Source: an uncultured Candidatus Saccharibacteria bacterium (GTDB lineage Bacteria; Patescibacteriota; Doudnabacteria; UBA920). From it: a stretch of 64,000 bases of DNA. The stretch lies in contig CAYLIB010000007.1 of assembly GCA_964384035.1 (NCBI GenBank), forward strand, positions 18,769 to 82,768, written 5' to 3'. Below, piece after piece: positions 1-9,363 of the stretch. The first letter of the stretch is position 1. Each line of letters starts with the position of its first letter. A program made the position numbers and the translations under genes. The notes under the pieces are model-generated. The model saw nothing but the letters and a program-made list of their open reading frames with translations. It had not been told where the DNA came from and ran no database searches.

Positions 1-53
1 CACCGTTATTTTCTAGGAGGGCAAATGGTGCGCCATGTGTTGCTCAAATAGTA

Positions 54-2252
54 GTGGGTGCTGTAACCAACTATAATTTGCAATTTGATTCTGTAATTGG
101 GTCTGTAATGCAGGATGATAACACTAATCCTTCTGATAATACAGTTGGTAGTCCGATGATCCATCAGTATAAAATTCAGTTAATTAATTGTAGTGGTGCA
201 GCAGTTGCAAACGGTGTGCAATTAAAACCTTTGAATTTTAATGGTGTTACAGGTGCTGACTTTGGGTATTATGAGGAAACAAGTCCGGGTAATTATGTGC
301 TAAGGGGTCAAACTATTGCTATTGCTTGTAATCAAACAAGATATTTAAGGGTCAATGCGAGGGATGCATTAGCTCCTTTAAACCCAAATAATACACCTAC
401 AAACAATAGGTCTATTAACTTCTTGTCTGGAACACCAGGGGTTTCTGATAAACAGAACAATTTAGTTTTAACACTTTATGGAAGACCAAAGGTTACTGCA
501 TTTACTGCTACTCCAGCGAGTGTTACAGATATACAATCTTCAAACTTAGCTTGGACAACAGCCTTTGTACCGACAAATGGATTTTACTGTAACGGAACGG
601 CTGGTACAGGTGCTTGGTCAGGACCTAAGTTTAATAGCTTGAATTCCGGTGTTGCTGGAGGTACGTATGCTACTGGTAGTATGCCGGCAGGAAGTAGGAT
701 ATTTACTGTTGCTTGCGGAGTGTCTTTCAGAAATTCACTTTATTATTCTAATCCTGTTTCGATTACTATAAATGTAACCCCAAGTGGTTCTAATCAGCCG
801 GTAAATGTAATTGGAGATAATTCAGTTTGTGGAAAAATTACTGTGACTTGGCAAAAGCCAAGTACTGGACTAGCTCCTACAGGATATAAAGTGTATAAAT
901 TTAATGGTTCGAGCTGGGTGCAGATGGGTGCAACGGTAAATGTGACTAATGCGGCTCAGTTAAGCTACTCTTTAGTTGATCCTTCTCCAAGTGCTCAGAA
1001 CACTTATGCGGTCACGTCCCTTCAGGGAGTAGTGGAATCTGCCAGAACTCAGGCAAACAATAATCCGGTACCATTGGTTGTATGTGCGTCTAATCCTCCT
1101 GAATCGATACTTGCGAATAATGCGACTTGTGGAAAAATATTTATAGATTGGAAGAAGCCAAGTAGTGGAACTGCGCCAACCTCCTACAGGGTATATAGAT
1201 GGAATTCATCTACGAGTGTTTGGCAACCCATAGCTAATGTCTCGGTAAATAATGCTTCTGTGGTGGATTACAGGTTTGAAGATCCTTCGCCTTCTGCTAC
1301 AGGAAATAGATATGCTGTATCGTCGATTCAGGGAGCACAGGAGTCTGTGAAGGTTGCTGCAAGTAATAACCCAATAGACTTGCTCTCTTGTACACCAAAT
1401 GCCCCGGCTATAACAGGAACTTCAACAACTTGTGCTGGAATAACAATAAACTGGAATTACGGTGGAGCTATTGCTTTGAGTAGATTCAGGGTTTATAGAA
1501 ATAATGCGCAGATAGCTGAGGTTCCAGCAACTCAGTTTAGTTATCAAGATGCAACACCTATTTCCAGTAACAATTATCAGATCTCTGCGATCAGTACGAC
1601 CAATATTGAATCTAGTAAGTCGAACGCTGTGTCGCTAGGTTGGAGTGGCTGTGAGCCTAAGCTAGATGCTTCAAATAAGAGAATTCTTTCTGTAGATGGT
1701 GTGGTAAATAATTTTGCCACACAAAATCCATGTGATCCTAATTTTACGAAATTGGATTTGAAAACTAGGATAGATCAACCGGTTGTGTTTTTGATGAATA
1801 TCTGTAATAACGGCACAGCTCCTCTTGTCGCCGGTGCAACCCCAGCTAAATACGTTTTGATTGATGATACGAAGTTGACACATTTGAAAAAGAATGGGAA
1901 TAGTTGGAAAGTAAAGATTCAAGGGAATAACTGTACTCAGTTCCCGGTATGGTCGGCTCCTACATCTACTTCGCCTCAGTGTCAGTATCAGGATGTGTCA
2001 GGTGGCTTAAGGATTAGTTTAAGGAATGGATCTTTGCCCATAGGTGGAATATGGCAGTTACAGTTTGAAGCACTAACAACAGTGGGTCCTAATGAAAATG
2101 GAGATACTTTCTATTATGGAAATAAGGCTACAATTACTTATCCAAAAAACACACCTCCGAATGGCACAAAAGTAATAGACACTGGACTTAAGACATTTAT
2201 TAGAGGTAGTGGTGATGGGGTAAAGTTCATAGAGATTCCGCCGGGGAGCTAA
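54..2252 (+). CDS. Large surface/secreted-type protein with three tandem fibronectin type III-like repeats (about 100 aa each) plus a C-terminal Cys-containing domain. The 5' end is uncertain: GTG start, no signal peptide, gene may continue or be frameshifted upstream.
   Basis: The repeats share CGKI(T/F)(V/I)xW(Q/K)KPS(T/S)G(L/T)APT(G/S)Y(K/R)VY(K/R)... W ... DPSPSA ... YAV(T/S)S(L/I)QG, a typical FN3 W/Y/YxV core. An in-frame TAG lies at 15-17 and the first start after it is GTG at 54. AGGAGG at 15-20 serves only an 8-codon uORF. Confidence 0.6.
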   Translation: MGAVTNYNLQFDSVIGSVMQDDNTNPSDNTVGSPMIHQYKIQLINCSGAAVANGVQLKPLNFNGVTGADFGYYEETSPGNYVLRGQTIAIACNQTRYLRVNARDALAPLNPNNTPTNNRSINFLSGTPGVSDKQNNLVLTLYGRPKVTAFTATPASVTDIQSSNLAWTTAFVPTNGFYCNGTAGTGAWSGPKFNSLNSGVAGGTYATGSMPAGSRIFTVACGVSFRNSLYYSNPVSITINVTPSGSNQPVNVIGDNSVCGKITVTWQKPSTGLAPTGYKVYKFNGSSWVQMGATVNVTNAAQLSYSLVDPSPSAQNTYAVTSLQGVVESARTQANNNPVPLVVCASNPPESILANNATCGKIFIDWKKPSSGTAPTSYRVYRWNSSTSVWQPIANVSVNNASVVDYRFEDPSPSATGNRYAVSSIQGAQESVKVAASNNPIDLLSCTPNAPAITGTSTTCAGITINWNYGGAIALSRFRVYRNNAQIAEVPATQFSYQDATPISSNNYQISAISTTNIESSKSNAVSLGWSGCEPKLDASNKRILSVDGVVNNFATQNPCDPNFTKLDLKTRIDQPVVFLMNICNNGTAPLVAGATPAKYVLIDDTKLTHLKKNGNSWKVKIQGNNCTQFPVWSAPTSTSPQCQYQDVSGGLRISLRNGSLPIGGIWQLQFEALTTVGPNENGDTFYYGNKATITYPKNTPPNGTKVIDTGLKTFIRGSGDGVKFIEIPPGS

Positions 2253-2258
2253 AAAACT

Positions 2259-2392
2259 ATGGGAAGGAAAACATGGTTTTCCGACTTGAGTTTGGGAACA
2301 GGAAAACCCTGATTCCCATCAAGAGTTCTCCCCATTACCCATCCTTTCCGCTGAATTTTTTTGGACACGGGAAACCCGGATCCCAAAAAAGC
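2259..2392. repeat. Intergenic repeat element, copy A. The homologous copy B is downstream of gatC.
   Basis: Shares with 2917-3088 the blocks AAGGAAA(A)CA(T/C)GGTTTTCCGA, CAAGAGT, CCTTTCCGCTGA(A/T)TTTT and GACAC(G/A)GGGAAC. The 5' block is itself a hairpin (GGAAAAC-ATG-GTTTTCC). Confidence 0.5.
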
Positions 2393-2421
2393 TATAAACT
2401 TAAATCTCATTTAGTTTAGAT

Positions 2422-2451
2422 AAAAGACCCTTTAACAAGAGGGTCTTTTTG
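2422..2451 (+). terminator. Rho-independent terminator downstream of the FN3 protein gene
   Basis: AAAAGACCCT-TTAACA-AGAGGGTCT followed by TTTTT. Confidence 0.5.
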
Positions 2452-2629
2452 TATATAATATGTTAGAGTCTGTGCCGAATATCATTTTTGCCCAAAATGT
2501 GCACATTCGGCATCTTGCTCCAAAAAATTTTTAACCGTAATTAAATCATTACGCTGAAAAATTTTTTGAATCAATCTGCTCGAATATACGCATTTTGGTT
2601 CAAAAAGCATATTCGGCAAAAGACTCTTT

Positions 2630-2911
2630 ATGCTTACTATAGAAGAAACTAAAAAAATAGCTGAATTGGCTCGGATAGAGCTTACGGAGGCTGAGTTGGT
2701 TAAGTTTTCGGGGGAACTATCTTCGGTTCTTGAATATGTTGAAGAGTTGAAGAAAGTGGATACTGAAGGAGTTGAGGTGCTCTCGACGGTTACTGGTCTA
2801 GAGAATGTGTCTAGAAAAGACGAAATAGAGAAATTAATTACTAGAGAAGTTTTATTTACTAATACTCCAGAGACAAAAGACGGACTAGTGAAGGTAAAGG
2901 CTATCTTGTAA
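2630..2911 (+). CDS. gatC: Asp-tRNA(Asn)/Glu-tRNA(Gln) amidotransferase subunit C
   Basis: 93 aa; LTxEExxKIAxLARIxLTEAE...ELSSVLEYVEEL pattern typical of GatC; immediately upstream of gatA and gatB. Confidence 0.85.
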   Translation: MLTIEETKKIAELARIELTEAELVKFSGELSSVLEYVEELKKVDTEGVEVLSTVTGLENVSRKDEIEKLITREVLFTNTPETKDGLVKVKAIL

Positions 2912-2916
2912 AAAAA

Positions 2917-3088
2917 ATGAAAAGGAAACACGGTTTTCCGATTAGAGCAGGGTCAGGCATAATCATCATCGGGCAAAGCCCGAGACTCCTAAGCCTGCTT
3001 CCTTCAAGAGTGCTTCTCGTGACTTCTCCTTTCCGCTGATTTTCCCCCGACACAGGGAACTTAGATTGGGGGAAGGCTAAGGCTTAAA
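2917..3088. repeat. Intergenic repeat element, copy B (homolog of 2259-2392), between gatC and gatA
   Basis: Same conserved blocks as copy A, with a different central insert containing the GGGCAAAGCCC hairpin. Confidence 0.5.
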
Positions 3089-3114
3089 AGACAGAAAATA
3101 ATTGCAATAGAAAA

Positions 3115-4605
3115 ATGGAAAACTTTGAATATTTAGAATTATCTGAGTTAAGAAAATTATTGGATGAAAAGAAGGTTAGCTCGCTTGAGCTGACTGAGTA
3201 TTTTTTGAAACGTATAGAAAGCATTAATCCTAAGCTTAATGCTTATTTAACTGTTTGTTCAGAAGAGGCAAGAGAAGATGCTAAGCGGGCTGATGCATAT
3301 ATTGCTGCTCCAGGTGAAAATCCATTGTTATGCGGTATTCCTTATGCTGCGAAGGATTTATTTTTAACACGAGGGATTAGAACGACAGCTTCCTCTAGAA
3401 TATTGGAAAATTATATTGCTCCCTATGATGCAACTGCAGTTGTTAAAGTTAAAGAGCAGTACGGCGTGTTATTAGGTAAAACAAATTTGGATGAGTTTGC
3501 TCATGGTTCAAGTACGGAGACTTCAGCTTTTGGATCCAGTCGTAATCCTTGGGATTTAAGCCGTAACCCAGGTGGGTCTTCGGGGGGTTCTTCCTCGGCT
3601 GTTTCAGCGGGTATTGCTCCATGGTCACTTGCTACTGAAACCGGAGGTAGTATCCGTCAACCAGCAAGTCTTACAGGTACATCCGGTTGGAAACCAACAT
3701 ATGGCAGGGTTAGTCGTTATGGTGTTATTGCTATGGCTTCATCCTTAGATAGTATTGGTGTTATAGGAAACTCTGTTCGTGATTTAGCCATGCTCGCGAG
3801 TGTAATTTCGGGTAAGGACGATAGAGATTCTACTACTGGAAGTGTAGAGGTTGGTAATTATTATAGAAATATCGACACAAATGTTAAGGGGGTTAAAATA
3901 GGTGTTCCGGAAGAATACTTTGTTTCAGGTATGGAAGAAGGGGTTAGAAAGGCTATAGAAGCTGGTATAGAAAAATATAGAGAGATGGGGGCCGAGATCG
4001 TACCGGTGAGTTTACCATTGACCAAATATGGTTCTTTAGTATATGCAATAATTTGCCCTAGTGAGGTTTCTTCAAATTTAATGCGTTATGATGGGATTCG
4101 TTATGGTCATATATCGGGGAAAGCAAATACCTTAGCTGAAGTTTATGCTAAGTCTAGAGGTGAAGGTTTTGGTGATGAGGCTAAGAGAAGAGTGATGACG
4201 GGTACTTATGTTCTATCTGCCGGATATTACGATGCATATTATAAGAAAGCCCAGAAGGTTAGAAGGCTTATTCTTAATGAATTTATAGACGTATTTAAAA
4301 AAGTGGATTTACTAGCCTGCGCTTCTACCCCAAATGTAGCATTGCCTATCGGGGAAGCAAAAGATAATCCATTGTTTGGTTACATTGCTGACCAATTGAA
4401 TATTCCTTCAAGTCTTGCAGGATTGCCTGGTATTTCCATGCCTTGTGGGTTTAGTAAGCCAACTACAGGTGCTGATCAAATGAATGATATGCCTGTAGGA
4501 TTGCAATTGATAGGTCCACAGTGGAGTGAGCAATTGTTGTTTAATGTGGGAGTTGCTTACCAAGATGCTACGGAACATCATAAAAGACATCCGAATATAG
4601 AATAA
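3115..4605 (+). CDS. gatA: Glutamyl-tRNA(Gln) amidotransferase subunit A (amidase signature family)
   Basis: 496 aa; amidase signature GGSSGGSSSAV; operon position between gatC and gatB. Confidence 0.9.
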   Translation: MENFEYLELSELRKLLDEKKVSSLELTEYFLKRIESINPKLNAYLTVCSEEAREDAKRADAYIAAPGENPLLCGIPYAAKDLFLTRGIRTTASSRILENYIAPYDATAVVKVKEQYGVLLGKTNLDEFAHGSSTETSAFGSSRNPWDLSRNPGGSSGGSSSAVSAGIAPWSLATETGGSIRQPASLTGTSGWKPTYGRVSRYGVIAMASSLDSIGVIGNSVRDLAMLASVISGKDDRDSTTGSVEVGNYYRNIDTNVKGVKIGVPEEYFVSGMEEGVRKAIEAGIEKYREMGAEIVPVSLPLTKYGSLVYAIICPSEVSSNLMRYDGIRYGHISGKANTLAEVYAKSRGEGFGDEAKRRVMTGTYVLSAGYYDAYYKKAQKVRRLILNEFIDVFKKVDLLACASTPNVALPIGEAKDNPLFGYIADQLNIPSSLAGLPGISMPCGFSKPTTGADQMNDMPVGLQLIGPQWSEQLLFNVGVAYQDATEHHKRHPNIE

Positions 4606-4615
4606 CGAATAAAGA

Positions 4616-6136
4616 ATGAACAATAATGAAGATTTAAATACATATAGAACAGTAGTTGGGTGTGAGATACATGTTCAGCTTAAGACTAAAACCAAAATGT
4701 TTAGTCCTGCTGCAAACAATCCTGATGAAAAAGAACCTAACACTAATATTGATGAAATTGTAACCGGTCAACCAGGAAGTCTTCCTGTTTTAAATGAGGA
4801 AGCGGTAAGGTTGGGTGTTGCTTTAGGTTTGGCTTTGAACTGTGAAATACCGGAATATTCTAAATTTGATAGGAAGCATTATTTTTATCCTGATTTACCT
4901 AAGGGTTATCAGATTTCTCAATTAGATGAACCTATTGCTAAGAATGGATGGGTAGAGATAGAAGTCGAGGGTAAGAAAAAACGCATTGGGATAACAAGGG
5001 CGCACTTAGAAGAAGATGCGGGAAAGAATGTTCATCCAGAAGGCTTACCTTATAGTTTGGTTGATTATAACAGAGCTGGAGCCCCGCTCCTCGAGATTGT
5101 TACTGAGCCTGATATTGAGTCTGCGTTGGAGGCTAGGATATTTTTGCAAGAGCTGCAAAATATTGTTAGGTATGTTGGTGCGGGAAGTGCAGATATGGAG
5201 AAGGGGACCATGCGATGTGAGCCAAATATTTCTGTGCGTAAACCAGGTGAAATTGAGCTACCTAAATACAAGGTTGAGGTAAAAAATATAAATTCTTTTA
5301 AGTTTGCGGAGGCAGCTATTAATTATGAGGTAAATAGGCATACAGATATACTTAAAGAAGGTGGTCAGCCGCGTCAGGTTACGATGGGTTGGAATGAAAA
5401 AGGTGGGTTTACTGTAGAACAAAGAAGTAAAGAAGAAGCAAATGACTATAGGTATTTTCCTGATCCCGATTTGCCAATTTTACATTTTTCGAGAGATTTT
5501 GTTGAAAATTTGAAAAATAATTTACCGGAATTACCAAACGCAAAAAGAGTTAGGTTTAAGAATGCATTTTCATTACCAGATGCTGATATTGATAATTTAA
5601 TTGCATGGAAAGATCTAAATGAATTTTTTGAAAATACAATTTCTGAACTTGAGCTTTGGGTAAAAGATGAAGGTTTGCTAGGCGAAGAAGTTATGAATAA
5701 ACTTACCAAGCAATGTGCTAACTGGTGCTTGCAGGATTTTTCTGCTCTTTTGAATGCAAAGCAAATGAATCCTTTTGATAGTAAGCTTACTCCGGAGAAT
5801 CTAGCTGAAATGGTTGTTTTGATCGAAAAAGGTAAGATTTCTAAATCTGCAGGAAAAGAAGTATTAAAAGTTATGTTTGAAAAAGGCGGAGAACCGGATT
5901 CTATTGTGATGGATTTAGGGCTTGTACAAACCAGTGATGAGGGTGAGATCTCGGTAGTGATAGATAAGGTTCTCGGAGAAAATCCTAAAGCAGTCGAAGA
6001 CTATTTATCAGGTCAGCAAAGGAGTTTTGGTTTTCTGGTAGGTCAAAGTATGAAGGCGTTGGCTGGAAAGGGTAATCCCGAGGTGGTAAATGGGATACTT
6101 CGAAAAAAATTGGATGATAAAAAGACCGCGAGTTAA
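4616..6136 (+). CDS. gatB: Asp/Glu-tRNA amidotransferase subunit B
   Basis: 506 aa; N-terminal VVGCEIHVQL...; Glu-rich motifs of the GatB/GatE family; follows gatA. Confidence 0.9.
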   Translation: MNNNEDLNTYRTVVGCEIHVQLKTKTKMFSPAANNPDEKEPNTNIDEIVTGQPGSLPVLNEEAVRLGVALGLALNCEIPEYSKFDRKHYFYPDLPKGYQISQLDEPIAKNGWVEIEVEGKKKRIGITRAHLEEDAGKNVHPEGLPYSLVDYNRAGAPLLEIVTEPDIESALEARIFLQELQNIVRYVGAGSADMEKGTMRCEPNISVRKPGEIELPKYKVEVKNINSFKFAEAAINYEVNRHTDILKEGGQPRQVTMGWNEKGGFTVEQRSKEEANDYRYFPDPDLPILHFSRDFVENLKNNLPELPNAKRVRFKNAFSLPDADIDNLIAWKDLNEFFENTISELELWVKDEGLLGEEVMNKLTKQCANWCLQDFSALLNAKQMNPFDSKLTPENLAEMVVLIEKGKISKSAGKEVLKVMFEKGGEPDSIVMDLGLVQTSDEGEISVVIDKVLGENPKAVEDYLSGQQRSFGFLVGQSMKALAGKGNPEVVNGILRKKLDDKKTAS

Positions 6137-7152
6137 TTGATTCGCGGTTCTTCTTTTAAGTAGACTTTATACCCGTAAGATCCTAATCCTTCTGTTAATT
6201 CTTGTTTGGCTGAATTAAGTCTCTCTAAATCTCCACAGCCTTTGGGGTAGAGGATTACTAGAGATGTATTAATTTTGGAATCTGTGATTTTAGATTGGAA
6301 TCTTATTTCTGTGGCTAGGTAAGAAAATTTACCTTTTGTTTCCATTTGGGATTTAATTTTTTTTACTAAATCTTCAAGGAAATAAGGAAGTGCATACTCT
6401 TCCAAATAAGCTAGTCTGATCAAAGCGATTCGGTTTTCGGGTAGAAGTAATAGAAAACCTTTAGTGCTTGCATGCCCTCTTTCGATTTTGGGTGTTGGGA
6501 AAAGTTGCTCCAAGTCTGATTCAAATAAATTATATTCAAATATGGCTTGTGGGTTACCTTTTTTGTTCGTTTGTAATTTGAGGGTTATTGAGGTGGTATG
6601 GAATAAATATACGTTACCTAAAAGAATACTTTGATTTTTTTTCTGTTTGGGCTTGGTCTCAAGTTTACATTCGAACGCCGGTAATTCCCGTCTTAGCTCT
6701 TCTTTGATGATTTTTCGAACTTTTTCTTCAGTGTCAGGGTCTTTGGAATCGGATGATAGGGTTACCGAATAACGAGGGGGAAGGTTTTCAAAATATTCCG
6801 ATTTAAACTTAGCTTGAAGGCATAATTTTGGAACGAGACTCATTGGTAAATTGTATTCTTTTTTAAAGGCCTCGCCCATTATGAGGGCTGTTTCCAGGTC
6901 AAGATTCGAGTGGTCTTTTTTTACGAAAAGTATTATGTGGGTTTCTTCATTGAATTCATGAACTAAAACACCCCCGGTATTTTCGGTGACAGGATTATGT
7001 TTGGTTACTTCACCAAACATCCTTTTTAACCCTTTTAGGATAAGATCAGCAGAGAGGGATTTCAGATGTATTCCTTGTATAGCTTGTTCTGTTTTTATGG
7101 CTAGGCTGGGAGAGCTTAGCTCGACAGTAAATGGATAAAAGTTGGTATTCAT
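6133..7152 (-). CDS. Hypothetical protein (339 aa), no recognisable motif
   Basis: Long ORF convergent with gatB; a divergent promoter region is shared with the GH1 gene. Confidence 0.45.
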   Translation of the reverse strand: MNTNFYPFTVELSSPSLAIKTEQAIQGIHLKSLSADLILKGLKRMFGEVTKHNPVTENTGGVLVHEFNEETHIILFVKKDHSNLDLETALIMGEAFKKEYNLPMSLVPKLCLQAKFKSEYFENLPPRYSVTLSSDSKDPDTEEKVRKIIKEELRRELPAFECKLETKPKQKKNQSILLGNVYLFHTTSITLKLQTNKKGNPQAIFEYNLFESDLEQLFPTPKIERGHASTKGFLLLLPENRIALIRLAYLEEYALPYFLEDLVKKIKSQMETKGKFSYLATEIRFQSKITDSKINTSLVILYPKGCGDLERLNSAKQELTEGLGSYGYKVYLKEEPRIN

Positions 7153-7286
7153 GATTAATCCTCCTATTTTTTGAAATTTAGATCATTGACTATGATGACT
7201 GTAAGATTTTTAATTATTCAATTTAATTACAAGCCTGTCAATTTTATTTGAGTTATAGACGCTAGAGTAGTTTATAATAATATTAT

Positions 7287-8456
7287 ATGGAAATAGACAA
7301 AGATGGATTTTTATGGGGAGCCGCGATTTCAGCCCACCAGACGGAAGGTGATAACACTAACAGTGATTGGTGGTACTTTGAACAAATAGGAAAACTACCT
7401 AAATCTGGAAAAGCGTGTGAGCATTATAAGAGGTTTTCAGAAGATTTTGCCATGGCAAAAGAGATCGGGCTCAATGCTATGAGGATATCGATAGAATGGG
7501 CGAGGGTAGAACCTGAGGAGGGGATTTATGATCTTGCTCAAATAAAACATTATTCAGAGGTATTGCAGGATTTAGGGAATAAGGGGATTAAAAGATTTCT
7601 TACTTTACATCATTTCTCTTTACCACTTTGGGCGGCAAAGAAAGGAGGGTTTTTAAACAAGTCAGTTATAGATAGTTTTGTAAATTTTTCAGGACTGGTG
7701 GTGAAAGAGTTGGGTGAGAAAACAGATTTTTTATGTACGATTAATGAACCAGAGGTTCACGCTCTTCTTTCCTATATAAGAGGTGTTCATCCTCCTTTTA
7801 GAAAAAATCCTTTGGTGGCTTTGAGGTATTTATTAAAATTGGTAAAAGTTCATAATAAGGTTTTTACAGAAGTGAAAAGAATAAAATCAGATTTACCAGT
7901 AGGGATTGTAAAAAATAATGTCTATTATGAACCAAATCAAATAAACAATTTTTTTGATAATTTCGTTTGTTCTGTGGCTAACTTTTTGGGGAATGATTTA
8001 CTTCTTTATATGGTTAGAAAAAAATCCGATTTTATAGGATTGAATTATTATTTTACAAATACACTTAGGTTATCGTTAAAAGGGGTAAGAGTTGAAAATA
8101 AAAATGTACCTAAATCGGATATGGGTTGGAGAACATATCCGCCTGGGTTGTATTTTTTACTTTTGGATTTAAAGAAATATAATTTACCAGTGTATATAAC
8201 TGAAAATGGTATAGCGGATTCAGAGGATAATATGCGGGGAAGATTTATTACAGAACATATCGAGTCAGTGATGAAAGCTAAGAACGAGGGGGTTGATGTT
8301 AGGGGGTATCTGTATTGGTCATTGATAGATAACTATGAGTGGCATGATGGTTATGGTCCTAGATTTGGGCTTATTCATGTTGACTATTCTACTCAAGAAA
8401 GAAAGATTAGGGAGAGTGCAAAGCTTTATAAGGAATTAATACAATCAAATGGATAA
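7287..8456 (+). CDS. Glycoside hydrolase family 1 beta-glucosidase/beta-galactosidase (short, archaeal-like form)
   Basis: 389 aa; TINEPE acid/base motif and ITENG nucleophile motif; N-terminal FLWGAAxSAHQxEG. Confidence 0.8.
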   Translation: MEIDKDGFLWGAAISAHQTEGDNTNSDWWYFEQIGKLPKSGKACEHYKRFSEDFAMAKEIGLNAMRISIEWARVEPEEGIYDLAQIKHYSEVLQDLGNKGIKRFLTLHHFSLPLWAAKKGGFLNKSVIDSFVNFSGLVVKELGEKTDFLCTINEPEVHALLSYIRGVHPPFRKNPLVALRYLLKLVKVHNKVFTEVKRIKSDLPVGIVKNNVYYEPNQINNFFDNFVCSVANFLGNDLLLYMVRKKSDFIGLNYYFTNTLRLSLKGVRVENKNVPKSDMGWRTYPPGLYFLLLDLKKYNLPVYITENGIADSEDNMRGRFITEHIESVMKAKNEGVDVRGYLYWSLIDNYEWHDGYGPRFGLIHVDYSTQERKIRESAKLYKELIQSNG

Positions 8457-9348
8457 TTGGGTAATATTGGCAATAGTGGCGTACTTATTTAATGCTGTTA
8501 ATGGTGTAGTGGATAAGTTTATGCTTAGTAAGACCGTGAGGCATCCGGTGGTTTATGCTTTTTATACCGGTGTGACTTCTTTATTTGTGTTATTACTCAT
8601 TCCTTTTGGGGTACATGTACCAAGTGGTTTGGGGATATTTTTCTCGTTGGTTGGTGGGGCCGCGTTTTCTGTAGCTTTGTACTTTTTGTATAGTGCCATA
8701 CAGGCAACTAGTGTCTCTAGAGTGTTGCCAATAGAAGGTGGGTTTATACCAATGTTTACTTTGGTTTTAGCATATTTTATTTTGGGAGAAAGGTTGTCTG
8801 AGTATCAGTATTTTGCCTTTGTTTTTTTGGTTTTTGGTGCGGTGTTGATTTCAATTAGGAAGGATGAAGCTAAAGGTGGATTTCACCCACAGGCGTTGGC
8901 TTCTTCTTTATTGGCAGCTGTGTTTTTTTCTATATCTTTTGTATTTTCGAAGTTTGTGTATAGTGATTCAGGTTTTTTAACAGGCCTTGTTTGGACAAGA
9001 TTAGGAATGGGTCTCATGGCTTTAGCTTTTTTGATACCTAAAGCTAATAGACAACATGTTTTTAGTACAGGAGAGAAGGCGAGTTCAGGAAGTAAATTGT
9101 TGTTTTATGGTTCTAAAGTAGCAGGTGGCGTAGGGGGATTGATGGAGAATTATGCGATTAGTATTGGTTCTGTAACATTAGTTAAGGCGATGCAAGGAAC
9201 ACAGTATGTTTTTTTACTTTTACTCACTAGTTTTTTGACAATTTATTTTCCTAAAATTTTAAAAGAAAAAATTACCTTGGCTATACTGATTCAAAAATTA
9301 TTAGCCATAGGGTTTATAACCATTGGTTTAATACTTTTAACAAAATAA
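8449..9348 (+). CDS. Polytopic membrane protein of the DMT/EamA-like transporter type
   Basis: 299 aa with about 9-10 hydrophobic helices; 8-nt overlap with the upstream GH1 gene suggests co-transcription. Confidence 0.5.
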   Translation: MDNWVILAIVAYLFNAVNGVVDKFMLSKTVRHPVVYAFYTGVTSLFVLLLIPFGVHVPSGLGIFFSLVGGAAFSVALYFLYSAIQATSVSRVLPIEGGFIPMFTLVLAYFILGERLSEYQYFAFVFLVFGAVLISIRKDEAKGGFHPQALASSLLAAVFFSISFVFSKFVYSDSGFLTGLVWTRLGMGLMALAFLIPKANRQHVFSTGEKASSGSKLLFYGSKVAGGVGGLMENYAISIGSVTLVKAMQGTQYVFLLLLTSFLTIYFPKILKEKITLAILIQKLLAIGFITIGLILLTK

Positions 9349-9363
9349 AAAAGAAATAGGACA

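Noticed and set aside
1671-1922. Antisense 83-aa ORF inside the FN3 protein gene (similar internal and antisense ORFs at 5016-5282, 5065-5271, 5446-5709, 12125-12603, 13656-13868, 14636-15305 and elsewhere)
   Set aside because: Fully embedded in well-supported genes on the other strand or frame; low-complexity translations; typical spurious ORFs of AT-rich DNA.
2482-2931. 149-aa minus-strand ORF overlapping gatC
   Set aside because: gatC on the plus strand has a clear family signature and operon context. The antisense ORF also runs through the structured intergenic repeat.
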